Assembly (NCBI GenBank): GCA_032718475.1
Contig: JAUCBJ010005100.1
Coordinates: 1-62,337 of the forward strand
Length of the DNA stretch: 62,337 nucleotides
Origin: Nemertoderma westbladi
Taxonomy: Eukaryota; Animalia; Xenacoelomorpha
Reading direction: 5' to 3'
Shown: piece after piece, positions 12,156 through 24,146 of the stretch
Layout of the letters: every line of letters starts with the position of its first letter
Numbering within the stretch: position 1 is the first letter of the stretch
The notes under the pieces: generated by a model
Database searches by the model: none
Told to the model about the DNA's origin: nothing
The model's input: only the letters and a program-made list of their open reading frames with translations
Position numbers and translations under genes: made by a program

Positions 12156-15100
12156 ATGAGTGACACACCACATTCGACTCGACACCCACCTACCGACTAT
12201 GACTCGTGCGACCCGGACAGATCGACAGTAGACGAACCGAGAAGGAGAACCCGAGATTCCACAAATGTCACACCGTGTGCGTCGCCGGTACCCCGAACGG
12301 AAATACGGGAAGCCGCAATGCGAGGCGACGGCAGGATTGAGTATTTCCTTACAGTCCCGCAGACCAGGTCACGGGAACCAGACATGGTAAGCTTGGCGGG
12401 AAGCCAAGAAAATGTCATTAGAAGTATAGGAGGACACATGGCCTAGATTACTCGAAACCTCGGAGAAGGTTTTCGCGTTTTACGCGTGTTAACCGCCCCG
12501 ATGTCGAGATACGAGTTCTACACCTTACAGGTAAGGATAGAGAGTAGGGTACATGCCTCCGTAGATAAACTTAAAGGTTTACACGAACTTGCAGAGTTGC
12601 GTGGCGACAACTTTACTCAGGTAAAGATAATAGATAAGTTGGTAAGTGCGAGGGAAAGCCTTATCCAGTTTAAGTCAGTAATAAGATTGGCTCAACAGGA
12701 GCAGTTCGACCAACTGCTAGGTGAGTCAGTTTCTGACACATTGTTACAACCCGAAGAGGAAGAAGAACTATACTGCCTGGACGGGAGGTTAGAGACGCTC
12801 ACCAATTTTCTTCGTAGAAACGGCGTACCGATCGAAGAACCGGAAATCGAACCGCGAGGGACGACGGAAGTTCTTACTACGGAAGGCTTGCGAGCCTACC
12901 AAAATCCACCACTGGATAGATCGTTCGTTAGTGTGTGGAGCGACGTTGGCGACGTTAGTAGGACAACGTCTGTAATTACTCGACAATAACAGAAAGTTGC
13001 ACGCCGACAACAAGTCGTCGAGGAAGAAGCGCAATGGCAGATGGCACAGATCGCCATCGCGGGAGAGAAACAGCAAAGAGAGGACGAGGCAAGGATTGCG
13101 CAACTCAAAGCGCAAGCAGAATTCGAAGCCTTAGAACTGAGAAGACTGGAGGAAGATTTGGCACAAGAAGCTGCAGCCGACGAATTAGCACGAGTTGCGA
13201 CAGTAAACGCAGCGGAGTTAGCTCGGAAGAAAGCGGCATCTGACGCACGCGCCAAGTTGGAAGTGAGACAAATTAACGCACGATTGGCTATACAAGAAGC
13301 AGAGTTAGCGGCACAACAACAAGTAGCAGATCGACGCGAAACGGAGATGCAACTACAGTTCGAACTAAATCGTAGATCACGCGAGGCAGCGAACGCGCAA
13401 GCGGACTTCGAAATCGACGCGAGAGATAGATCTATAAGATCGCGAGCTGGACACGACTTGTCTGCCCTGGATCGCATGGAAGCTCGATATCGCAGGATAC
13501 AGAAGTGAATCGAGGAAGGAAGTGTGGGAGCGATAGATCGAGGAGAGGAGTTCGTCGAGGATTACTGCAAACGTTTTCCACAAGTGATTCCTATGCTGAA
13601 ACCTACAACTCCGATAAAACCGGTCTTTGTTACGAAACCTAAAGAAATAATACCTGTGCGCTCGGCGCAAGGTAACAGGTTTGTTGTGATGGAAATACCA
13701 CAACCTAGGGCAACTTCATCGCCAATTTTAGCAGGTAATGTAAATAGTCCACCTACAGTTAGTCATAGTCTACCTTTAGGAAGAGAGGAACCTGCGTTTA
13801 TGACAATTAAACAGGTAAGTAAGCTGTTAGCAGTTAAACCTGTGACGTGCTGTGCGAACCCAGTTATTTATAGACCGACTACGAAACCCGACTGTTTTAT
13901 TCAACCTTTGACACAATGTTCGACGCGACCTACGACTTCGTGGAAGGCTTGCGAGCCTACCGAACAACAGAGGAGGATGGATGTGGGTAGTACCCACGGG
14001 ATCGAACAATGTTTAACGAGCCCTACGACTTCGTGGAAGGCTTGCGAGCCTACCGAACGACGGAGAACCGTAGATTCTAGACCTCAACGTACTCGACAAA
14101 AGGTAATACGCCGGACGCGAACCCACCGACCACCTTATCCGGATGATAGCGACTCATCAAGCGACTCGGAGTCGACAGAACGGAAAATATTCCGTACTGG
14201 AGAGGCAGCAGCGGCAGCGGATTACAAATGGGAGGAAGGATCGACGAATCCATACATCGACAATCCTTCACACGAGAAACACCTTTGCGGAAACCCACGT
14301 TGCAACCAGTGGAAGCGATCAGCAGCAACAGACTCGCCGAAATGATGCGACCTGTAACGGACCGACTAGCTCAACTCGAAGAACGACTCGAAGCACAACC
14401 GTCGGATCGATCGTGAACCAGCGTGGAGTTAGAACAACCTAGACAACATCGACCACCAAGGAGAGAACAGGAGACTAGACAGACTCTGACCCATCGAGAA
14501 GAAGATCCCGTTAATATTTCCTACCGACAAACAACGCGCGGAAGGGAATGAATGGACAACGCAACCAAACAAGGATGCGGACAGTTAGATTTAGTTAGCG
14601 AGATTGCGAAGTTCGCGGCTAGACACGGATTACCGGCATAAAAACCGACGAAGTTCTCTGGCAATGTGAAACACTGGCGTACACTGGTAGACTACGTAGA
14701 GTCCCAGATCGCTAAGTGTGCTTTCACCTCGACGGAGAAGTTTAATTACTTGCTCCAAGTCCTGTCTGGTGAGCCGAAACGATTAGCGGAAACCTTCATT
14801 GGTGTTCCAGATGCCTTTGAGTTGGCGTACGACCGTCTATATTCGATTTACGGCGGCAACGTCGCCATGGCTAAATCCATTATCGAAGACCTCTGCAGAG
14901 GAGGCAGTATTTTGAAACCGATCGATCTTCTGCGACTCGTGGACGAAATCAAGAACGCTATAGGGACTTTACGGTCCATTGGACAACTCGAATACGCTAA
15001 CGCACCGACAGTTCTCATTCGAATAATCGGTAGACTTCATCATCGACTACGACGAGAATGGCGATGCATCGAGTAGCAGCGTGAAGAAGCCGGCGGGCTA

Positions 15101-15540
15101 TTGAAACTCACCGACGTCTACCAACTGATTTCGCGGGAGACCGTAATTGAGACTCGATCCAACTATACTGATCACCATATAGCGGCAGAAGGAATAGCTA
15201 TTGCTGCGCCGAATCGGACCAAACCATTTCCGACGAACGCAAAAGCCCTGACTTATGCCACCCCAACTGAAACTTCTAAAGTTCTGACGCCTATCGGCAC
15301 CAAGCAGCCACGACAACAGTTGCCGGCAGACTTTGCGGGATGCTCATATTGCGAAAAGAATGGCAGAAACCATAGCGGACATAAAGTCGTGGATGTCGCT
15401 CATTCAGGGAGTTGGGAATTGAAGAGAGGAGACTCCAAATTCGATCTTTGGATTCTTGTTAGAGATGTACGAAGCCAGGATACGTCCGGAAGGATTGCCC
15501 GAGCGACGATACATGTCCTCTATGTGGACGTAACCATGTC
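12156..15540 (+). pseudogene. gag: Element B gag (coiled coil, capsid-like domain, CCHC knuckles), disrupted
   Basis: ORF pieces 12156, 12486, 13041, 13524, 14666 and 15101 are collinear with D gag. The knuckles (CSYC..H..C, CRRC..G, CPLCGRNH) are spread across frameshifts. Confidence 0.8.
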
Positions 15541-17007
15541 GCAGGAAAAACGGTCATTAAATATTATGAGAGATACCATTCGCCAGACCGCGAATGGCCA
15601 CTACGAGGTTGGCATGTTGTGGCGCAATGGAAAACCTAAGCTCGTTAACAACTACCCGCTTGCTTTGAGGCGACTCAAATCAATAAGGCAGCGATTGTTG
15701 CGTGATGGGACGGCCCATATGCAATACAATGCGCAACTTCAGACGTATCTCCAAAAGGGATATGCCGTTAGGATGTTAAATCCCGAGGTAACCACAGATC
15801 AGACATATTACCTGCCACACCATTTTGTTCGACACCCGGACAAACCTGGCAAGGTGCGTGTAGTCAACGACTGCGCTGCGCTTTACCAAGGGATGTCTAT
15901 GAACAGCGATCTGATGTACGTGCCGAATATGAATAATTACCTCATGGGAGTCCTAATGCATTTTAGACAACGCAAAGTGGCTTTCACCTGTGACGTAGAG
16001 GCCATGTTTCACCAGGTTAAGGCTTTGAAGCGGGTCAGGGACTGCTTGAGGTTTCTTTGATATCTGGATGGAAATTTAGAACTTCCGCCAGAAACTTACC
16101 AAATGCAGGTAAGAGTTTTCGGAACCAGGGACAGCCCCAACTGCACCATGTATGCCTTAAAGCAGACAGCATTAGACAGACAAGACTAATTTGACCCAGA
16201 AGTAGCTCGGACAGTGGAACGAGATTTCTACGTGGATGACGGCCTCAAGAGTTGTGACACTCTGGAGTGCGCTACGACCGTAGCACACCAACTCCAGGAT
16301 TGTCTCGCTGAGGGCAGATTCCGCCTTACGAAGTTCGCTTCCAACGAACCCGAACTAGTGAACTCATTTGACCCAACTGATCGCAGTGGAGGAGATTTAG
16401 ACTTAGACCTAGTACCTCTACCTACGACCAAAGTATTAGGACTTAGTTGGGACCCTAACACCGACAATTTTAGGGTACGTGTAAGGTCCAACAACCAGAC
16501 TAGACCTCTCACTAAGAGGACTTGCTTATCGACCATGAGTCGATTGTATGACCCATTGTGTTTCATTAGTCCAGTGATCCTACATGCTAGGATCATACTC
16601 CGCAGCATTTGGCAAGCCGGACTGGAATGGGACGATGCCATCCCAGAAAAGTTCGCTGAGCAATGGAGGGACTGGGAAGCCCAACTGACGTTCCTACAAG
16701 ACTATACCATACCAAGGGTATACTTTCCTTTGCAGACCACCTTTCCTGCCGATTTAGAGCTTCACAGCTTTAGTGATGCTAGCAAGGATGGATTGGGGGT
16801 TACTTTATACCTTAGACGACAAGTGACATCGGACAGCTACGATGTGTCTCTCGTTACTTCTAGGGGTAGAACAATGCCGTTGAAGTATATGACTGTACCT
16901 CGTGGAGAGCTGCAAGCCGGGACAATATCCACCGATATTGTCAGTCTAGTTCAACGCGAGCTGGAGGCTAACTTGAATGTCACATATTGGACGGATGCGA
17001 CGTTGGT
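15535..17007 (+). pseudogene. pol: Element B pol remnant (RT plus RNase H); protease and most of the integrase deleted
   Basis: Reads GHYEVGMLW..YYLPHH..FYVDDG..KVLGLSW..TKR..YDPL..W D..HSFSDAS..YWTDATLV, then switches abruptly to LTR sequence. It has internal stops at ~16058 and ~16186. Confidence 0.9.
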
Positions 17008-17049
17008 AACCCAAACCCCTAACCGAGAGAGGCCAAACCCGTGGAGGTT

Positions 17050-17468
17050 AGGGGCCAAACCCCTAACCGAGAGAGAACACAAGGAGTGAAGGGAAACACT
17101 CCAAAGGGTGCCAACAGGGATATTAGCCAATGGGGGGAAGGCATCGGCTAGGTAATGTAATACGGCCAAACCGTGCAATATATATTACCAGTTGACTGCA
17201 TCAGTTATCTCAGTTATCAGTTAGTCAGATCAGTTAGGGTGGAGCGGCAACATCTATTACTGTCCACTACCGCCACCACATCATTCAATCAGTGTTTACC
17301 GGTATATCAGTTATCATCAGTTTAACCGTGCTTGCATTACTCATTTTATTATACTTATACTTATGAACTCCAGAACTTTCAACTTAACTGACCCTTTTCA
17401 TACACACGGCGGGGACGCGTAAATAGACAAACCCAACGGATAAATCGGGATCCGTAGATCCCGTCACA
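17050..17468 (+). repeat. 5' LTR of A (5'-truncated)
   Basis: Matches ~23728-24146 with about five substitutions by eye. A TATA-like AATATATATTA at ~17177 is followed by TCAGTT initiator-like motifs. Confidence 0.92.
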
Positions 17469-17559
17469 GTAATAGATTTCCAGCTGCCCGAAACTGAACT
17501 CTGAACTGAAGTAATAGATTCCAACAGCCCGAACTGACTGCTAGCCACCAAGAGAAAGG

Positions 17560-20500
17560 ATGAGTCGAGAAGAGAAGACGACACCGCCGCGGACCCCGGG
17601 CGACGATCTAACGATCCGTGAGGCCGCGACGCAACGATACGGACCCACGACACCGGTCGATGCTACGTCGACCAGGTCGACGCCGGTTGACGCCACGTCG
17701 ATAACGAGCAACGGTCGGGAACCAAGATGTGGGGGGTCGTCTACGACGAGAGAGCGAGTCGAGTAGAGGAGAGAGTGAGACGGGAGAGGAGAGAGACGAG
17801 TCGACACAGGGCGGCGGTCGATATGCCGATGTCGCCGGCCAGCCACAGGCCGAGGGCGACGAACGGCCCACCAGAACGGCAACGGTGGAGCCGATGGTAC
17901 GACGTCGGACCCGGAGGGAGAGAGGAGTGCGGTACACTTACAGTACGTACAGCAACCGTACGGGCGAGGGGGGTAGTAGTAGTACGTTAGGAAATGTTGG
18001 TATTAATAGTACCGTAGTAGATAACCCTAATCCCTTTATTACAGGAAATATTTTACCCGGTAATTCAAATTCAAATAATAATATTAATTCAAATATTCAG
18101 AATAATTCAAATAATTCGAATAATAATTTAAATTTTGAAAATAATAACAACTCTAATTTAAATAATTTAAATAATAATCCCGTTTCAAATTCTAATAATT
18201 TAATTGATTTAACAAATAATATTGGGAATGGTGCTATTAATATGAGCGTGTCAGACGTGTATAGCCCGGCAGACGGCGGCCTGGTAGGCCACGTAGTTAG
18301 TGGGCAGGAGGTGGCGGGGTTGAGACAACCCGACGGCGGCCTGGTAGGCCACGTAGTTGGTAGGCAGGAGGTAGCGGGGTTGAGCCAACCCGAGGTGGGC
18401 CTGGTAGGCCTCGCAGTAGTAGAGAGAGAGGCGGGGGTGAATAGACCCAGCCGTAGTAGAGATAGTGTGTCGACTAGAGAGGGGTGTAGAAGTGGAGTAA
18501 GAGATGGTGAAGTTAGATGTGGCGAGTGGGGGGGGGGGGGGGCTACAGGAGCCCTATCACGGAAGATTAGTGGCAAGAGAAGGGGGGTGGAAAATGTCCG
18601 ACAAGAGGGACGCAGAATTGTAGTAAGAGATAGTGAAGTTAGAAGTGGCGGGTGGGGGGGGGGGGGGCTACGGGCCCCCCACCACGAGAGATTAGTAGCG
18701 AGAGAGGGGGGGCAGAGAGTGTCCCACAGGCGTCGGCGGATAATGCGCGGGCCGAGTTAGGTAAACCGCAACACCCGGCGATGGAGAATAATAGGGGGAT
18801 TGCGAGTATCCCCAGCGGCGTGCGATCGAACAGAGAGAGACAGGTTGACGTCGCGAGAGGGCGGGCGACGAAACGTCGAGCCCAGTCAGAAGAGAGAAGA
18901 TTAGTAGAGTTTATTAGAGAGGTCGAAGATAGAAGAAGATTAGCAGAGTTTAGCCGAGAGGTCGAAGAGAACAGGAGTGAAGATAATAGAAGAGTCGTTG
19001 CTAGGGGCAACCGGAGAGCGAGGACGGATAGCGAGCCGTCGATAGTAGAGATGGAGTTAGGGAGTCAGTGGGGTCGAACTTCGGGAGATTGCCGTCGCCC
19101 CGGAGAAATGCACCGCACGCCAAGAGAGTGGTACAGGACGTACCGGTACGAAGAAGAGAACAGGAGAGGGGATCGAGGGGAAGCTTCCCGACGGGATGTA
19201 GCTGCCGATCGAGAGTACGGTAGTCGCGGGGAGATTCGAGATTCGCGAAGAATAAACTTCGGTTCGGAAGGGCACATGCAGACTGCAGGACATACTGTAG
19301 GCCTTACTGCACATACTATTATAGGCCATGCTGGGAGAGATAGAGTAGGCGATAGGGTAGCGCGAACGATGGGATTAAACCCGGAAGTCGCGGAGTACAT
19401 ACCGGTAGGTAGGCGAGAGGTAGGTAGGCCTATATCGGTACAGCAGCATGACTATAATACACAGGGACATAACATATATCCAGGGGAGGGGAGAGTTATT
19501 GTAGATAGATGTATGGGCCCCAATATATTAACATCAACCCCAGTACCAAACATACCGGTGGGGGGGGGGGGGGACAGGGTGACATTCCCCCATTACAATA
19601 TCAACAATATACCCCAATAGGAGCAAGAACATCGAACCCCTTGGACGAGAACAGGTCGTGCGACACGGAAATATGGAGGGGGCCGTTACCCCCAATGATA
19701 TATCCGACGCAACAAATAAAATCAACAGATAGGACGGACGGACCGCACCCAATAGGAGAGTCTGTACAACATCCATCGAACCCATTGGAAGCGCAAGCGA
19801 TGGGAATGGCCACATTAATCGATGCATTAAAGACCAGGATCGAGTTACCACCAGTCGAGCCATTTAAATTCGACGGAAGTAGGCCGGAAGAATACCTGCA
19901 GTTTCGGCGCATGTACAGCAACGAGATATTAAGTAAGAACTTGACGCAGGCGGAGTGCCTAAAATATCTGCAAGTATATACAGGAGGCCCAGCATACGAC
20001 ATCGTGAGGCAATACCAGGGCATCGAGGGCGGCTTCACGACAGCATGGCGGGCGTTAGATAGGGAGTACGGGCACCCAGCCAAGATCATCCGGCAAACCC
20101 TGAGAGGCATAACATCGGGTGGCCTACAGGATAATCCCGTTAGCATAAAGACCTTTGCGAATAAGGTCGAGAAGGCGTTAATCGTACTGAAGACGCTAGA
20201 CGCACCATACGAACTCAACGCGTCTAACAACATCACCACGATAGCGCAGGCACTGCCGATCTGGCTGCGGAGAAAGTGGAGGAAGATCGCCTTCTCCACT
20301 CGAGAGAAGAAAGGTGCGGAACCGGGCCTAGAAGAAATGTCGAGCTTCCTAAACTATGAAGCCGAATTAATTACAGACCCAGTCTATAGTGAGGATAGTT
20401 TGGGGAAGGCACCAAAGACCGAATACAACAGGCCTGGACCCGAACATAATCCGACAGACCCATTCTCGGGAGTGGGACAGTCACTACCACATGCGGCCAC

Positions 20501-22043
20501 ACAGGGGACTGCTAGTCCACAGTTAGCTGGTAGTAGGGCCACACCGTGGCGGGCACAGAAAGAAAATAACACCATAAATAAACATAATCCCAATGTACCC
20601 AGTAGGCCGAATACAGACAACCAAAACACTAAATCGATACATATAAACCTACGCGCGATACGTGAGGGACTATACAGGGAACGCTATAATCCAGGATTCG
20701 AATGTCAATTACACCGGGACGGAACCCATAAGACCAGGAGTTGTAAGCACTGGCAAGCGTTGCCCAAACAAGATCGTGTAGCCTACACAGACGCAAACGG
20801 ACTATGTCATCGATGTGTGGTAGAAGGACACAGACCCGGAGAGTGTAGAGAAACAGCAGCAAGAGAGGAGGAGACTGGAGGCCAAACAGCAGCTAGAAGC
20901 ACTATAGAAGAGGAGAAGAAGAGAAAAGTACTACTCGGGGTAGTACCAGTGAAGATATCAGGAGAGGGCGGTCGATCAGTAACGACATTAATGCTGGTCG
21001 ACAGCGGAGCAGCCTTCACGCTGGTGGAGAACTGGGTGGCCGAAGAGATAGGGCTAAAGACGAGGCCGAACAGAATGGCGGTAACTACCGTCTCGAGTAA
21101 AGATGAGGTCCTGGAGACGAGGACGGGGCGGTGCAGGATAGCAGCGATTGCACCGGGATGCGACTATGGGGCGACGATCGACCCCATCCACATCATCGAA
21201 TCGATAAACATCAACGCCAGGCGACCAACCAACGTTGAGGTCGAGCAGTACAGATTCCTGGAGGGTATCGATTTCTCAATACCAAAGGTGGACGTTAGGA
21301 AGGTGTCCATTATAGTAGGAATGGACTGCCCGACGGCCCATGAGAGAATGAAGACGGTCTTCGGCGAAGACAGGCAGCGGGACCCGACGGCGATCCTCAC
21401 GCCGTTCGGATGGACGCTTAGCGGCCCAGTTAAAACCAACATCCCATGCAGTGTGACAGAGACATCTGGGTGCATGATACCAGGCACCGAAGACGCAGAG
21501 GAAGTAGAGGAGAAACAAGAGATAGTAGAGCCAAATAGGGAGGTGACGGTAAGAAAGTTGGCAGAGGAGAGTAGGTTTCCCAGCAAGCATCGGTATGGAG
21601 ATGGACCGGAGCGGACGGCGAGGTGTCCGGAGGACAACACTCCGGGGGAGTGCCCGGAGGAGTGTCGGAAGGAGTGTCTAAAGGAGTGTCCAGAGGAATG
21701 TCCGGAAGAGACGCAGGTCCGGTTTGGAGGCATACCGACAAGGGGGAAGTCGAGAAGGAAGGCAGGATGGAAAGGGATAGGACTATTATTCTACCTTCTG
21801 TTCTGCCTGTTCTTTCACTTTCTATTCATTCTGCCGGCGGGAGACAACAAGGAGGGAGGTGGCATTTTGATGCCAGGAGATGAGCTAGTTAAGAAGGCGG
21901 CGGAGAGACCCGATTTCAGGGTGGCAGAAGAGGGAGAACCAATTCCTGGTGAGATGGAATTGGCGAAGAGAGTGCGGCGAATCCTACAGGACCTACAAGA
22001 GCAGCAGTGGGAGAGTGCCTGTTGGAAGAATCGCCCTAGTTAG
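17560..22043 (+). CDS. gag: Element A Gag-protease polyprotein, with frame breaks mostly at poly-G runs
   Basis: An N-rich and R/G/E-rich N-terminus is followed by LPPVEPFKFDG..YLQF (BEL capsid-like), the knuckles CQLHRDGTHKTRSC and CHRCVVEGHRPGEC, the protease LVDSGA, and AILTPFGWTLSGP. Confidence 0.85.
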
Positions 22044-22254
22044 GAGATTTAGTCGTCCAATATTTTGGACTGAGGGGGGTGGGAATGAGGGCGAGACGCC
22101 CTTCCCACAAAAATAATTATTTAATTTAAATAAACAATAATAAATAATTAAATAATTAAAAATAATAGTTAGTAGAAGTAAGAAGTAGTAAGGTAGAAGT
22201 ATAGTAGGTTAGAAGGCGGCAGAGTATAGGGAGTGTGGTATAAACATACCACGG

Positions 22255-23000
22255 GAGTAGAGGGTACGTAGTACCGGGAGTTAAGTTAGAAGGCGGCGGG
22301 GTAAGGGAGTGTGGCATATTGTCATGCCACGAGTAGTAGTAGGGGGGTCGTGGGCACCGGAAGCGCCACGTAGAAAGTAGCAGTGGTAGAGAGGTTGTGG
22401 GCACCGGAAGCGCCACGTAGAAAGTAGTAAGAGAGGGGTTATGGGCACCGGAAGCGCCACGTAGAAAGTAGTACGAGAGAGTGGTTGTGGGCACCGGAAG
22501 CGCCACGTAGAAAGTAGTAGCAGAGAGTGGTTGTGGGCACCGCAAGCGCCACGTAGATAGAGGTGGTGAAAGAGTGGTTGTGGGCACCGCAAGCGCCACG
22601 TAGAGAGTAGAAAGGGGTAGACTAAGTATAGTTAGAGTTAGTAGAGAGTTAGAGGGTTTTAGTTAAAGTAGTAGTAGAGTGGTTGTGGGCATCGTTAGCG
22701 CCACGTAGATGGAGGTAGAGTTAGTAAGAGGGTACGTAGTACCGGTTGTGGTTGTGGGCACCGTTAGCGCCACGTAGATGGAGGTAGAGTTAGTAAGAGG
22801 GTATGTAGTACCGGTTGTGGTTGTGGGCACCGTTAGCGCCACATAGATGGAGGTAGAGTTAGTAAGAGGGTACGTAGTACCGGTTGTGGTTGTGGGCACC
22901 GTTAGCGCCACGTAGATAGAGGCAGAGTTAGTAAGAGGTTTTTAGTTAGAAGTAGTAGTAGAATGGTTGTGGGCACCACAAGCGCCACGTAGATGGAGGA
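22255..23000 (+). repeat. Internal tandem array of A (~46-bp, then 69-bp units; GTGGGCACC..AGCGCCAC core x11)
   Basis: Eleven cores counted between 22350 and 22992. The 69-bp units also carry GGTACGTAGTACC. Confidence 0.9.
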
Positions 23001-23588
23001 TTTTAGTCAGAGTTAGAAAAGAGTTAGTAGACTTAGTAGTAGAGTTAGAGAGTTCTAGTTAGAGTTAGTAGAAAGTTAGAGGCTTTTAGTTAGAGCTAAA
23101 AGTAGTAAGAGTTAGCAGAGAGTAGAGTTAGTAGTTAGTAGAGTTAGGAGTTAGTTAGAGTTAGAGAAGCTAGATAGTTAGCAAGTTAGACCTTAGATAA
23201 GGTAGATAGTATGATAGCACAGGGGTAGCATTAGAGGTCAGGACCTTAGAGAGTGGCAGGGAGTAGAGAGGAGATAGTGAAAGGAGCTGTTGGCGAGAGA
23301 GAAGTGTGCGATTCAGGTGTGGGGAGAGGGTAAGAGCGAGTTGAGTTAGAGAGCGGAGTTAGAGTGGTAAGAGTGCCGGGGAAACAAAAATTGTGTGAGA
23401 GAAGCGCACGATCGGCCCGACACGAGGCGCCAGAGGGTAGTGACATCATACCCATAGGGAGCGGCCTGGAAAGCCGACTCCAAGAAAATAGATCCACCCC
23501 ACACCCGATAATAGATCGAGTTCCAGCGGAATTGTAGCGCACTTTAGTTGGATGCTATCTTCTTACCGGGAAGATAGCATGGGGGGGG

Positions 23589-24146
23589 TGTTAGCTTATC
23601 CAATCCCGCTAACCAAACCCCATAGAGTGAGCCGTTAAGCCGTTAAGCAATATTGGGAGCACGAGGTTGATTACCCAACCTTGTGTCACCCCAATCAAGT
23701 GGGAAGGAGAAACACACAACGAGGGTCAGGGGCCAAACCCCTAACCGAGAGAGAACACAAGGAGTGAAGGGAAACACTCCAAAGGGTGCCAACAGTGATA
23801 TTAGCCAATGGGGGGAAGGCATCGGCTAGGTAATGTAATACGGCCAAACTGTGCAATATATATTACCAGTTGACTGCATCAGTTATCTCAGTTATCAGTT
23901 AGTCAGATCAGTTAGGGTGGAGCGGCAACATCTATTACCGTCCACTACCGCCACCACATCATTCAATCAGTATTTACCGGTATATCAGTTATCATCAGTT
24001 TAACCGTGCTTGCATTACTCATTTTATTATACTTATACTTATGAACTCCAGAACTCTCAACTTAACTGACCCTTTTCATACACACGGCGGGGACGCGTAA
24101 ATAGACAAACCCAACGGATAAATCGGGATCCGTAGATCCCGTCACA
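23589..24146 (+). repeat. 3' LTR of A (558 bp, TG...CA)
   Basis: Follows the PPT GGGGGGGG (23581-23588), begins TGTTAG and ends GTCACA. The host IN tail (VQRLVLLEETRNETGDY) resumes immediately after it. Confidence 0.92.

Larger units (their letters stand above)
17011..24146 (+). mobile_element. Non-autonomous BEL/Pao element 'A' (gag-pro only), nested in the B integrase; sister of element C
   Basis: Two LTR copies end in ...GATCCCGTCACA (17468 and 24146), with a PPT G-run before TGTTAG at 23589. Gag-pro is highly similar to C, and RT, RH and the IN core are absent. Confidence 0.92.

Noticed and set aside
22255-23000. CRISPR-like repeat/spacer appearance (also 54745-55185)
   Set aside because: The spacers are related to each other, the context is a eukaryotic retrotransposon, and there are no cas genes.
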